Shown here: positions 18,101-29,965 of the stretch, piece after piece
How positions within the stretch are numbered: position 1 is the first letter of the stretch
How the letters are laid out: each line of letters opens with the position of its first letter
Notes under the pieces: generated by a model
What the model saw: the letters and a program-made list of their open reading frames with translations, nothing else
The model's database searches: none
What the model was told of the DNA's origin: nothing
Translations under genes and position numbers: made by a program
Assembly: GCA_038236775.1 (NCBI GenBank)
Contig: JBBRZK010000013.1
Span: 148-64,147, forward strand
Direction of reading: 5' to 3'
Length of the DNA stretch: 64,000 bases
Source: Gemmatimonadales bacterium
GTDB taxonomy: Bacteria > Gemmatimonadota > Gemmatimonadetes > Gemmatimonadales > Gemmatimonadaceae

Positions 18101-18379
18101 GGAAACCGCGGACGTGGCGGTTCGGCGTCGCCGAACTTTGCGTCACTCACCGGAACGCTCATCGCGCAACTGAACGCGCAGGACCTCGGCGACATGGCCC
18201 CGACGGCTGCCGCGCTCGCGGCCTACACGAAGACCTGTACCGAGCTCGCGGGCATCGTGCGCGCGTGGGAACGCGTCAGCACGACGGACCTCGTCGCCTT
18301 CAACACCCTGCTGCAGGGCCGCGGTCGCGCGGCACTTGCGGCGCGACGCCTGTCGACGCAGGCACCACCTTGCACCTGA
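15140..18379 (+). CDS. large secreted BNR/Asp-box repeat protein (sortilin/VPS10-like, glycosyl-hydrolase-like beta-propellers)
   Basis: Lies within ORF 14999..18379. ATG 15140 gives signal peptide MINLAASRLSVATLAIVGLIAARPAHA. Asp-box-like motifs recur: SSDAGRTW, TTDGGATW, STDGGVTW, SDDGGANW, SVDGGRTF, TLDGGGTW, TTDSGAHW, THDYGKTW. Confidence 0.8.
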   Translation: MINLAASRLSVATLAIVGLIAARPAHAPTAAPLVDPRLYAGLTWRNLGPFRAGRVAAVTGAIGQPGVFYAGLPAGGVWKTTSAGQTWFPIFDAITDVASVGAIEVAPSDPAVVYVGTGDMVTGGAINEGNGVYRSSDAGRTWRHVGLEQTKQIPSMLVDVRDPNVVLVAAQGDVHGKSDARGVFRTTDGGATWTRTLVIADSLGVQKLARASDVPSVIFATTVRHYTAPVTTTVAAGPPAPVPDGASTGTALYKSTDGGVTWREMSGGGLPTLNGRTSVAVAMHTNAQRVFLVSNTGLWRSDDGGANWQPMASDDLRIRNGQGGYNCGVYVDPSNPDVVYTISTSSYKSVDGGRTFTGFKGAPGGDDPQQLWIDPTDGQRMLMGLDQGAVVTLDGGGTWTSYYNQSTEQIYHLAIDNSSPWWVYGTQQDAGAIRTRIRGNLGAVTPLDWNPVSGWEWGTILPDPLDPNTVYSSGSGILKITYPSEQWINVSPATNTSLKLRTTSSQPIVFAPWNKHMLIAGFQQLMATTDSGAHWTQLSPDLTVRSDAPPAPSTAGGFAPPGGAIESISPSTVAAGTIWVGTGNGLVKVTRDAGKMWEDATIPGLPIPARAEVTIESSHIDAASAYASIDLHRVGDYAPYFYRTHDYGKTWTKIIAGLPTNQPSGSFSRVIRNDTKKAGLLFAGTESGMYVSFDDGDDWQSLMQNLPNTSYRDIAIKDNDLVVATYGRGFWVLDDYSMLREIAPAIANEPAHLFKPGDVVRTRRNVGADTPFPPEVPHALNPAEGVALDYWLAQAPARPITLDVLDASGAVVRHLSSAPIAPVTEAARPPHPNFWVAAPSPLPSAAGTNRAHWDLRYDAPPALAHTFEINANPALTPTSPEGAVALPGTYTLRLTVDGRSYTQSVSVQPDPHSPASLAALRAQHALLMRLTDAIRLSYEGHELAGALRIALRGAAPAGVTPEMPDVAARAVTLLAQLDTVAGLDGERGNRGRGGSASPNFASLTGTLIAQLNAQDLGDMAPTAAALAAYTKTCTELAGIVRAWERVSTTDLVAFNTLLQGRGRAALAARRLSTQAPPCT

Positions 18380-18406
18380 GCAGCGCGCTGGCCGCGCGCT
18401 GTCGAT

Positions 18407-19468
18407 TCACTGGATCGACAGCACGCGGATCAGTGTCACGCTGAGCACGATCAGGATGGCGAGCGACGCCGTCACGGTGATGATGACCGGACGGCCCACC
18501 TTGCCGATTGCCTTCAGGTCCACGCCAAGACCGAGCGCCGCCATCGCGGCGACGGTGAGCCACGTGGAGAGGTTTTTCAGGACCGCGGCGCCGGCGCTCG
18601 GGACAACGCCCGCCGAGCGGAGTGCGGCCAGCAGCAGGAACCCCACGATGAACCACGGAACGAATCGCGTCAGCTGAAAGGTCGTCGCCTCGCCGGATGG
18701 GGCGTCGGGATCGTGCCGATGTCGGATGGCGAAGAAGAGCACCACGGGACCGAGCATGAGGACGCGCACGAGCTTCACGAGCGTCCCGACCTGTCCCGAC
18801 AGGACGCTCACGGGAAACGCCGCTGCGAGTACCTGGGGCACCGCGTAGACGGTGAGCCCGGCGAGCACGCCGTATTGGTAGTTGCTCAGCGCCAGTGGCC
18901 GGATCAGGAACGGGAGGCCGATCACGACGACGACGCCGAGAATGGCCGTGAACGCGATGGACGACGCGACATGCTCCTTCTCGGCGCGGATGACGGGCGC
19001 TACGGCGGCGATGGCGGAGTTACCGCAGATCGAGTTCCCGCACGCCACGAGCACGGCAAGCTTGGGCGGGAGCCCGAATGCGCGGCCGACGCCGTAGCTG
19101 AGCGTCAGCCCCAGCACCACCAGCAGGACGATTCCCACGGCGAGCGCCGCTCCCGCGCGCACGAGGAGCGGCAGGTCGACGGACGCGCCGAGGAGGAACA
19201 CGGCCACCTCGAGCACCTGCCTGGCCGTGAAGGCCACGCCCGCGTCCACGCTGGAGGGCAGGGTCCACGCGGTGCGCAACGCCATGCCGAGCAGGATGGC
19301 GACGACGAGGCCCTCGACGATGGGGTGCCCGAACCATCGCTCCTCGAGGGTCGCCACGCCCACCGACAGGAGGGCAACCAGGCAAGCCAGCGCGACGCCG
19401 GGTGTGAGGCTGATGGCCGAAGCGGGCGGGCCGCTTCCGGACGAGCGGTCGAGCGTACGTGCGGCCAC
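18407..19468 (-). CDS. YeiH/UPF0324-family putative sulfate-exporter-type membrane protein
   Basis: 353 aa and polytopic. The VACGNSICGNSAIAAVAPV motif is typical of the YeiH family. Confidence 0.75.
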   Translation of the reverse strand: MAARTLDRSSGSGPPASAISLTPGVALACLVALLSVGVATLEERWFGHPIVEGLVVAILLGMALRTAWTLPSSVDAGVAFTARQVLEVAVFLLGASVDLPLLVRAGAALAVGIVLLVVLGLTLSYGVGRAFGLPPKLAVLVACGNSICGNSAIAAVAPVIRAEKEHVASSIAFTAILGVVVVIGLPFLIRPLALSNYQYGVLAGLTVYAVPQVLAAAFPVSVLSGQVGTLVKLVRVLMLGPVVLFFAIRHRHDPDAPSGEATTFQLTRFVPWFIVGFLLLAALRSAGVVPSAGAAVLKNLSTWLTVAAMAALGLGVDLKAIGKVGRPVIITVTASLAILIVLSVTLIRVLSIQ

Positions 19469-19775
19469 GGACGTCCCTGTGGGCGGCGAATGCGGAGCGA
19501 TGTCGGAGTGGGAAGGCTAGGGGATGCGTCGGTACGGGCAAAGTCCGATGTGAGCGCACTATGAGTCGGACCAGTCCGCCACCATGCGCTAGATGCTCGC
19601 AAATGCAAGCCGTGTTAGCCGCCTCTGACTTGAAATGTGCGTCTCGAGTGAAAAACAAATTGCGAAAACTCCCAACTGCACGTAGGCTAGTCGCGTCTGC
19701 AAGCCCTCCCGCCATTCCTGACGGGCACTGCGCGCGCCTCGTCGCCGGAACGGCGACCCTGCCGATACGTCCATC

Positions 19776-20990
19776 ATGGCTGCACCTCCGATGCGTTCAC
19801 CCGTGACACTCGCGCCCATCGAAAGCGCGCGCATCACGCTCGGCCTCACGTACGTCGAGATCGCGCGTGCCCTGCATGTCGACGAGAGCACGCTGCATCG
19901 CTGGCGCTCCGGTTTCGACCGCCGCCGGATGTCCGCGGGCGTGCGGGCCATCACTGGCCTCACGCACCTGCTCGCGATCCTCGAGAAGCGCTGGCCCAAT
20001 GCGCCGCACCTCGCGGCAACCTGGCTCGATACGCCACATCCTGACTGCGGCGGAGATTCTCCGCGGGCGTGGCTCGTCGAGGGACGCGTGGATTATCTCG
20101 CCGGGCTTCTCACCGGCGAGCTTGCTGCGGCCGCGGCGGCGGCCGTCACCGTCCCCCCGACGCGCGATGTCTTCGAGATCGCACCGGTCGGCATGGCACG
20201 CGTGGCGTTGGGTGGTGAGTTCCTCGCCGTGAATGCGCGACTGTGCGAGATCCTCGGCTACACGAAGCAGCAGTTGCTCGCCCTGCGCGGCCAGGCGATC
20301 ACGCATGCGGAGGACCTCGCCACCGGCCTCGAACAGGCGCTCCAGCTCATCAGTGGCGCCGTACCCATCCTCACGCTGCAGAAGCGGTATCGCCACGCGG
20401 ATGGTGGTGTGGTGTGGGCGAGAGTCTTGTGCACCCTCGTGCGGGATGCGTCCGGCGTGCCGCTCCATTTCCTCACGGTCGTGGAGCCACTGCCCGACAT
20501 CGGGGCAGCGGCGGAGCGGCTCGCGCTGGGCGACACCCCTGACGCGGAGAGGGCCATCGAAGGGGTATGGGAATGGGATGTCGCATCGGGCGACATCTAC
20601 TCGAGTCCCGGGATCGCCGCGACGCTCGGCCGTGGTGCGCACGAGATCACCCCGACGTTCGACGGGTTCGTGGCACTCGTCCATCCTGGCGACGTCGGTT
20701 CGCTGCGTGCGTCGTTGACGGAGTGCCTCACGGGACGGGCACGCGGGTTCGACGCGGAATTCCGCATGCAGCACGCCGACGGCGGCTGGCGCTGGGTGCA
20801 CGCGCGCGGACGCGCGCTCAGCCGCGACGGCGACGGACGTCCCATGCGGATGGTCGGCCTGCACACCGACGTGACCGAACGGCGCAACGCCGAGGAAGAG
20901 TGGCGCCGCAGCCACGCAGCGCTCGTCGCGAGCGAGGCGCGGTATCGTGCGCTGGTGGAGGGGAAGGGGGCGCGGTCAGTGGCGCGCTGA
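19776..20990 (+). CDS. Xre-like HTH / DUF2384 (antitoxin toxin-binding) domain fused to two PAS domains
   Basis: N-terminus: LGLTYVEIARALHVDESTLHRWRSG ... AATWLDTPHPDCGGDSPRAWLVEGRVDYLAGLL (DUF2384-like). PAS 1: FEIAPVGMARV...RYRHADGGVVW. PAS 2: WEWDVASGDIYSSPG...RMQHADGGWRWVHARG. It ends after a short coiled segment with no kinase, GGDEF or other output domain. Confidence 0.75.
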   Translation: MAAPPMRSPVTLAPIESARITLGLTYVEIARALHVDESTLHRWRSGFDRRRMSAGVRAITGLTHLLAILEKRWPNAPHLAATWLDTPHPDCGGDSPRAWLVEGRVDYLAGLLTGELAAAAAAAVTVPPTRDVFEIAPVGMARVALGGEFLAVNARLCEILGYTKQQLLALRGQAITHAEDLATGLEQALQLISGAVPILTLQKRYRHADGGVVWARVLCTLVRDASGVPLHFLTVVEPLPDIGAAAERLALGDTPDAERAIEGVWEWDVASGDIYSSPGIAATLGRGAHEITPTFDGFVALVHPGDVGSLRASLTECLTGRARGFDAEFRMQHADGGWRWVHARGRALSRDGDGRPMRMVGLHTDVTERRNAEEEWRRSHAALVASEARYRALVEGKGARSVAR

Positions 20991-20992
20991 CG

Positions 20993-24506
<3,514 letters not shown>

Positions 24507-24600
24507 GGTCCCGCTCGTCGCATGTGGGAAAAAGATACGAGCGAAAATCCGCAGCGTGAACGCACCCGGTGTCCATCGGGTTTCTCATGCGACCTACACC

Positions 24601-25659
24601 ATGGTGCGCATGAACGAAACGCTGGAGCTCGGCCTCGATACCTTCGGCGACGTCACGCGATCGGCCGATGGAGAACCCCTTCATCAGGCGCAGGTGATCC
24701 GCGACGTGATGGCCGAGGCGAAGTTGGCCGATGAGGTCGGCGTTGATTTCATCGGCGTGGGCGAACACCATCGCGCGGACTTCGCGGTATCGTCGCCGGA
24801 AGTCGTCCTCGCCGGCATCGCGGGTTGTACCAGCCGCATCCGCCTCGGCTCTGCCGTCACGGTGCTGAGCTCCGACGATCCGGTGCGCGTGTTCCAGCGC
24901 TTCTCCACGCTCGACGCGATCTCCAGCGGGCGCGCCGAGGTCATTCTCGGCCGCGGCTCGTTCATCGAATCGTATCCACTCTTCGGTTTCGCGCTCGACG
25001 ACTACGAGAGGCTGTTCGAGGAGCGGCTGGACCTCTTCGCCAGCCTGCTCGAGCACGACCGCACCGGCGAGCCGGTGTCGTGGTCGGGCACCACGCGCGC
25101 ACCGCTCGCGCGACAGAACGTCTTCCCGCGTACCGAGTCCGGCCGGCTGACGACGTGGATCGGGGTCGGCGGAAGTCCGGAGTCGGTGGTGCGCGCGGCG
25201 CGGTACGGGCTGCCGCTCATGCTTGCGATCATCGGGGGCGACCCACGTCGCTTCGCGCCGTACGTCAGTCTCTATCACCAAACGTTGTCGGAACTCGGCA
25301 AGGCGCGGCTGCCCATTGGTGTGCATTCGCACGGTCACATCGCGGAGACGGATGAGCAGGCGAAGCGCGAGCTCTTCCCCGCGTGGCGTGACATGCGCAA
25401 CCGGATCGGTCGCGAGCGTGGCTGGCCGCCGACCAGCGAAGCGGAGTTCGAGCGGGAAATCGCGAGCGGATCGCTGTACGTCGGCGCACCGGAGACGGTT
25501 GCGCGCAAGATCGCCGCGACCGCGAAGGCGCTCGACCTCGCGCGGTTCGACCTCAAGTACAGCGCAGGGTCGCTCGCACACGACCTGCTCATGCGCAGCA
25601 TTACGCTGTACGGCCGCGAAGTGATTCCTCGCGTGCGGGAGTTGCTCGCGTCCGACTGA
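24601..25659 (+). CDS. LLM-class (luciferase-like) flavin-dependent oxidoreductase
   Basis: Lies within ORF 24556..25659. Features LGLDTFGD, FIGVGEHH and the overall LLM pattern. Start is 24601 or 24610. Confidence 0.8.
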   Translation: MVRMNETLELGLDTFGDVTRSADGEPLHQAQVIRDVMAEAKLADEVGVDFIGVGEHHRADFAVSSPEVVLAGIAGCTSRIRLGSAVTVLSSDDPVRVFQRFSTLDAISSGRAEVILGRGSFIESYPLFGFALDDYERLFEERLDLFASLLEHDRTGEPVSWSGTTRAPLARQNVFPRTESGRLTTWIGVGGSPESVVRAARYGLPLMLAIIGGDPRRFAPYVSLYHQTLSELGKARLPIGVHSHGHIAETDEQAKRELFPAWRDMRNRIGRERGWPPTSEAEFEREIASGSLYVGAPETVARKIAATAKALDLARFDLKYSAGSLAHDLLMRSITLYGREVIPRVRELLASD

Positions 25660-25674
25660 CCGGCGTGATGAATG

Positions 25675-26985
25675 TCAGAGCGGCGGCAGCGTGAGTGCGT
25701 GAAACTCGTCCGTGCGAAGGGCGCGGTGCGCCAGCACGCGCCGCCGCCGCCCTTCGGATACCGACGTCGCCACGAGCAGCCCCGCCGATAGCGCCGTCGC
25801 GGCGAGCACCATCGTGAACGCCGTCTGCACCCCCGCGATCACGTTGCGCTCGAGCAGGCTGTTGAGGCTGCGGAATCCCACGCTGCCCGGCACGAGCATC
25901 AGGATCGCCGGCACGAGCACCACGCTCTGCGGCCGGTTGCGCCACTGGCCCCAGAACGTCGCCGCCACGCCGTCGAACAACGCCGCGATGAAGAGGCCGA
26001 GCTCCGGACCGGCGAGCCGCACGCTCGTGCTCGCGAGCAGGTAACTCACCGCGCCCGCCGTCACCATCCATCCCGTGTCGCGGCGCTCGGCCTTGAGGAT
26101 GACGACGAAGCTTACTCCCGCGGCCAGGATGGCGACGGCCATTGTCCACCACGGCAGTGCCACCGGGGTGAGCTCGCGGACGGCGCCGAACAGCAGCACC
26201 GCCATGCGGTCGCCGAGCGCCACGCCGAAGATGAGCCCGAGGAGGATCATCGTGGCCCCAGCGAGCCGCGCCGTCCCCGACGCGAGGTGGCGCTCCGCCA
26301 GCTCGCGCACCGCGTTGGTGAGCACGAGGCCGGGCAGCAGCACAATGATGCCGGCGAGGATCGCCGTCGATGAGCCGTAGGGCCCGAGCAGCGCGGCGAC
26401 GCTCGTCGCGAGGAACGCGGCGGCGAACGCGGCGATCGTCTCGTACACGCGCTCGAACGCCGGTCGTCGCTCCGCGACGGCCTCGAGCGCGCCCGTGATG
26501 ATGCCGAGAACCGCACCAATCACGATCTCCTTCACGCCGCCGCCGAGGACGCGCGCGATGCCGGCAGAGCCGAGACCGAACGCAAACACCGTCGTGAGCG
26601 AGCCGTAGGGCGACGGCTCCGCCTCGATGCGCTCGACGAGCGCGAGCGCCTCGGGAGTGGAGATCGAAGCGTCGAGCACGCCGTTCACCACCCGGTCGAG
26701 CTTGGAGAGTCGCCCGATGTTGGGACCGGCGGGCGCGAGCCGGAGCAGATGCGTCTCCTGCCGTTCCAGCTCGCCGAAGGCGCACATGATGGACGTTGGC
26801 GTGGAGAAGAACTGCGCGTGCACGATGCCGAGGCCGCGGGCGAGCAGCGCGAGGGAATCCTCGAGGCGCTGCGCGGTGGTGCCCGACGTGTGGAGCGCCC
26901 GCGCCATCGTGAGCAGGAAGCGCACGTCGCGCCGGCTCGCGGCGTACTGCCGCGCCGGTTCACGGACCTCGGCGGTATCGGTCAT
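25675..26985 (-). CDS. threonine/serine exporter family protein (ThrE-like, DUF1212+DUF3815)
   Basis: 436 aa. The N-terminal soluble region (LLTMARALHTSGTTAQRLEDSL) is followed by about 10 TM helices. Confidence 0.75.
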   Translation of the reverse strand: MTDTAEVREPARQYAASRRDVRFLLTMARALHTSGTTAQRLEDSLALLARGLGIVHAQFFSTPTSIMCAFGELERQETHLLRLAPAGPNIGRLSKLDRVVNGVLDASISTPEALALVERIEAEPSPYGSLTTVFAFGLGSAGIARVLGGGVKEIVIGAVLGIITGALEAVAERRPAFERVYETIAAFAAAFLATSVAALLGPYGSSTAILAGIIVLLPGLVLTNAVRELAERHLASGTARLAGATMILLGLIFGVALGDRMAVLLFGAVRELTPVALPWWTMAVAILAAGVSFVVILKAERRDTGWMVTAGAVSYLLASTSVRLAGPELGLFIAALFDGVAATFWGQWRNRPQSVVLVPAILMLVPGSVGFRSLNSLLERNVIAGVQTAFTMVLAATALSAGLLVATSVSEGRRRRVLAHRALRTDEFHALTLPPL

Positions 26986-27290
26986 CGGTCTGGATCTCCA
27001 CGAATCTGGCGGGTCGCGCTCCTGCGTCTCCCCGTTGCGCTGGCACCACGGCCGGTCGGTCGGCCACGCAGGCAGCGGTCGTGATGCGGCCGTTCAAGCT
27101 ATCCTGAGAGAACCTATAACGCCGCCCCGACCGGCAGGCGCAGGATGTCCGCGATGCCCCAGAGGCGGAGCTCAGCAGCCGTCACGGGCTTTCCCCTGCG
27201 TCCTGTCGTGTTTGCGCTGACAGATATGACGAGTGTCGGCGCATATGCTTGATCAAGCAACGTGTGAATGACTTTCGTCCACGTGCCGCC

Positions 27291-29381
27291 ATGTCCCGCG
27301 CTCTTCCACTCGGAAACCCCAGTGAAGCAATTCCCGACCTCGCGACCAACGGCACGCTCGCGGGAACGGTCGCCATCTTCGACCCGGCCATATGTTGCCC
27401 AACCGGCGTCTGTGGACCCACCGTCGATCCGGGCCTGCTTGCAATCACCCGCGATATCCGCCGTCTCGAGAAGCTTGGGGTGCGCGTCGAGCGTTACGGG
27501 CTCTCGCAGCAACCTGAAGTGTTCGTGACCCAGCCCCGCATCACTGGCCTGATGCAGGCGTTCGTCTTCTTCACCGGCAAGGGCGGCGTCGGCAAGACGT
27601 CGGTGGCGAGCGCCACTGCCGTTCGCCTCGCGGATACCCGACGGCGCGTGCTGATCGTGAGCACCGATCCGGCCTCGAACCTCGACGACGTGTTCGCCAT
27701 GCAGGTCGGTGTGGCGCCGACACCCGTCGCCGACGTTCCCGGTCTCGATGTCATGAACATCGACCCCGAAGCAGCGGCGGCGGCGTATCGTGAGCAGATG
27801 GTCGGCCCGTACCGCGGCGTGCTGCCCGACACGGCGGTGCGAAGCATGGAAGAGCAACTCTCCGGCGCATGCACCGTGGAAATCGCCGCATTCAACGAGT
27901 TCACCGCGCTGCTCGCGCAACATGAGATCGTCGAGCGCTACGATCACATCCTCTTCGACACGGCCCCGACGGGCCACACGCTGCGGCTCCTCAGTCTGCC
28001 AAGCGCGTGGAGCGAATTCATCGACACCGGCTCGGCCGGAGCAAGCTGCCTTGGTCCGCTCGCGGGCCTGGAGGCGCACCAGGCGCAGTACGCCGCCACG
28101 GTGCGCGCACTTGCTGATGCGACCCGCACCACGGTGAACCTGGTCAGTAGCGCGGAAGAGAGCGCGCTCCGCGAGGCCGCGCGCGCGGGCGGCGAACTCG
28201 CGCTCCTCGGCATCGTCAACCAGCGACTGATTCTCAACGGCGTCTTCATGGCCGCCACTGGCGGAGACGTCATCGCCGAGGCCATTGCGCATCGTGAACA
28301 CGACGCGCTGCGCAGGCGCGCAGTTGCGCTGTGCGACATCCCGACGACCATCGTTCCATTGGTGTCGACCGACCTGACGGGCACCGCCGCGCTCCGTGCG
28401 CTCACGACCACGCACGTCGACGACATGCGGCCGACGATGATGCAGGCGTCGCCCGACGAGAGCCGTGTCGAACACGCGGGGCTGGGTGAGCTGGTGTCGG
28501 CGCTCGAGCGCAGTGGCCGCGGCGTGGTGATGACCATGGGCAAGGGCGGTGTCGGGAAGACGGCGCTCGCCTCCGCGATCGCCGTCGCGCTCGCTGATCG
28601 CGGACACGCCGTGCATCTCACCACCACCGATCCTGCGGCACATCTCCTCGACACGCTTGGTGACGATCGGCCCAGCGGCCTGACGGTGAGTCGCATCGAT
28701 CCGGTGGTCGAGACGGAGCGCTACGCCGATGAAGTGATCGCGGCCGCGGGCGATCTCGACGACGAGGGTCGCGCGATGCTCGAGGAAGACCTGCGCTCGC
28801 CCTGCACCGAGGAGATTGCCGTCTTCCGCGCGTTTGCGCGAGAGGTGGATGGCGCACAGGACGGATTCGTGGTGCTCGACACCGCGCCGACGGGACACAC
28901 GCTGCTGCTCCTCGATGCCGCGGAGAGCTACCATCGAGAGGTCGGCCGGTCCAGCGGCGCCGTGCCGGACGCGGTGCGATCGCTGCTCCCGCGCCTTCGG
29001 GATCCGGCGTACACACGCATGCTCCTCATCACGCTCGCACAGACGACGCCCGTGCATGAGGCGAATCGGCTGCGGGACGATCTCCGTCGCGCCGGGATCG
29101 AGCCGTATGGGTGGATCGTGAACGCGAGCCTGGCTGCGAGCGGCACGACGCACCCGTTGCTGGCCGAGCGGGCGCTGCTCGAACTGGCGCATCTGCGGCG
29201 CGTCGAATCGGAGCTCGCTGTCCGCACCTGGATCGTGCCGTGGCAGGCCAAGCCGCTCGTTGGCGCGGAAGCGCTTCTGGCACTCACAAATGGCGCGGCA
29301 CTCCAGGGCGTGTCCGCGGCGGGCGGTGTGCCACGGCATGCGCAGGCCGACGGCGCGACGGAGCGAGGGCCTGATGCGTGA
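27291..29381 (+). CDS. arsA: truncated ArsD metallochaperone domain fused in frame to arsenite/antimonite-stimulated ATPase ArsA
   Basis: ArsD signature VAIFDPAICCPTGVCGPTVDP...GVRVERYGLSQQPEVFV runs without a stop into MQAFVFFTGKGGVGKT. ArsA features: two P-loops (GKGGVGKT), two DTAPTGHT motifs, and Cys contexts SGACTVEIAAF, GASCLGP, RSPCTEEIAVF. Alternative internal start (ArsA only) at ATG 27552. Confidence 0.8.
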   Translation: MSRALPLGNPSEAIPDLATNGTLAGTVAIFDPAICCPTGVCGPTVDPGLLAITRDIRRLEKLGVRVERYGLSQQPEVFVTQPRITGLMQAFVFFTGKGGVGKTSVASATAVRLADTRRRVLIVSTDPASNLDDVFAMQVGVAPTPVADVPGLDVMNIDPEAAAAAYREQMVGPYRGVLPDTAVRSMEEQLSGACTVEIAAFNEFTALLAQHEIVERYDHILFDTAPTGHTLRLLSLPSAWSEFIDTGSAGASCLGPLAGLEAHQAQYAATVRALADATRTTVNLVSSAEESALREAARAGGELALLGIVNQRLILNGVFMAATGGDVIAEAIAHREHDALRRRAVALCDIPTTIVPLVSTDLTGTAALRALTTTHVDDMRPTMMQASPDESRVEHAGLGELVSALERSGRGVVMTMGKGGVGKTALASAIAVALADRGHAVHLTTTDPAAHLLDTLGDDRPSGLTVSRIDPVVETERYADEVIAAAGDLDDEGRAMLEEDLRSPCTEEIAVFRAFAREVDGAQDGFVVLDTAPTGHTLLLLDAAESYHREVGRSSGAVPDAVRSLLPRLRDPAYTRMLLITLAQTTPVHEANRLRDDLRRAGIEPYGWIVNASLAASGTTHPLLAERALLELAHLRRVESELAVRTWIVPWQAKPLVGAEALLALTNGAALQGVSAAGGVPRHAQADGATERGPDA

Positions 29382-29841
29382 CCCCGCTGCGAAGTTGACG
29401 TATGACGTCAGGGCGCGGCGCATCGATGCGCATGGAAGCGTGGCCTCTTGTAAGTCCGCAACCATCAGTCTCGATACGGACCCGGCCGGCAACGTCGAGG
29501 CATTCAATCCCGCGGAGCTGCTGCTGGCGGCACTCTCAGCGTGCATGCTCAAGGGCATCGAACGCGTAGCGCCGATGATGCAGTTCCAGCTTCGCGACGT
29601 GACAGTGCAGGTGCATGGAGTGCGGCAGGATGCACCGCCGCGCATGGAGTCGATTGCGTACGAGATCGTGGTCGATACCGACGAGCCGGACCACCGGCTG
29701 GAACTGCTGCACCAGAACGTGAAGAAGTTCGGCACGGTCTTCAATACCGTTGCGCCTGGAACTCAGCTCAGGGGCACGTTGCGTCGCGGACGCGAGAGTC
29801 GAAGCGGTGATCTCGCGGTCGGGAACGACGAATCTCGATGA
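29374..29841 (+). CDS. OsmC-family peroxiredoxin-like protein
   Basis: Its ATG overlaps the arsA stop by 8 nt (ATGCGTGA). Motifs: NPAELLLAALSACMLKG and VDTDEP...LHQNVKKFGTVFNT. Confidence 0.8.
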   Translation: MRDPAAKLTYDVRARRIDAHGSVASCKSATISLDTDPAGNVEAFNPAELLLAALSACMLKGIERVAPMMQFQLRDVTVQVHGVRQDAPPRMESIAYEIVVDTDEPDHRLELLHQNVKKFGTVFNTVAPGTQLRGTLRRGRESRSGDLAVGNDESR

Positions 29842-29965
29842 AGGCCCAGGGTACAGGAGCGTCGCGCAGGTGACGCGATTGGTCGTGCGTCGTACTTTGT
29901 AGCTCGTATCATCGTCGCGGCATTTGCCGGGGCATTGTTCACGCCTATTCACACCGAGCCGACTC

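Noticed and set aside
18384-18404. Small GC hairpin (CAGCGCG...CGCGCTG) between the convergent BNR-protein and yeiH genes as a terminator.
   Set aside because: The stem is short and has no U-tract on either strand, which is not enough evidence.
19469-19775. The 300-bp lower-GC intergenic region upstream of the Xre-PAS gene as a small RNA or tRNA locus.
   Set aside because: It has no tRNA-like conserved arms (no GTTCRANYC-type T-loop) and no recognisable Rfam-type motif. It most likely holds promoter and regulatory DNA. An sRNA cannot be called without transcript data.
27099-27153. Degenerate traces of the dispersed repeat (ATCCTGAGAGAA and GCGCAGGATG) upstream of arsA.
   Set aside because: Matches are only 10-12 nt and could arise by chance. 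They are mentioned only as possible eroded copies.
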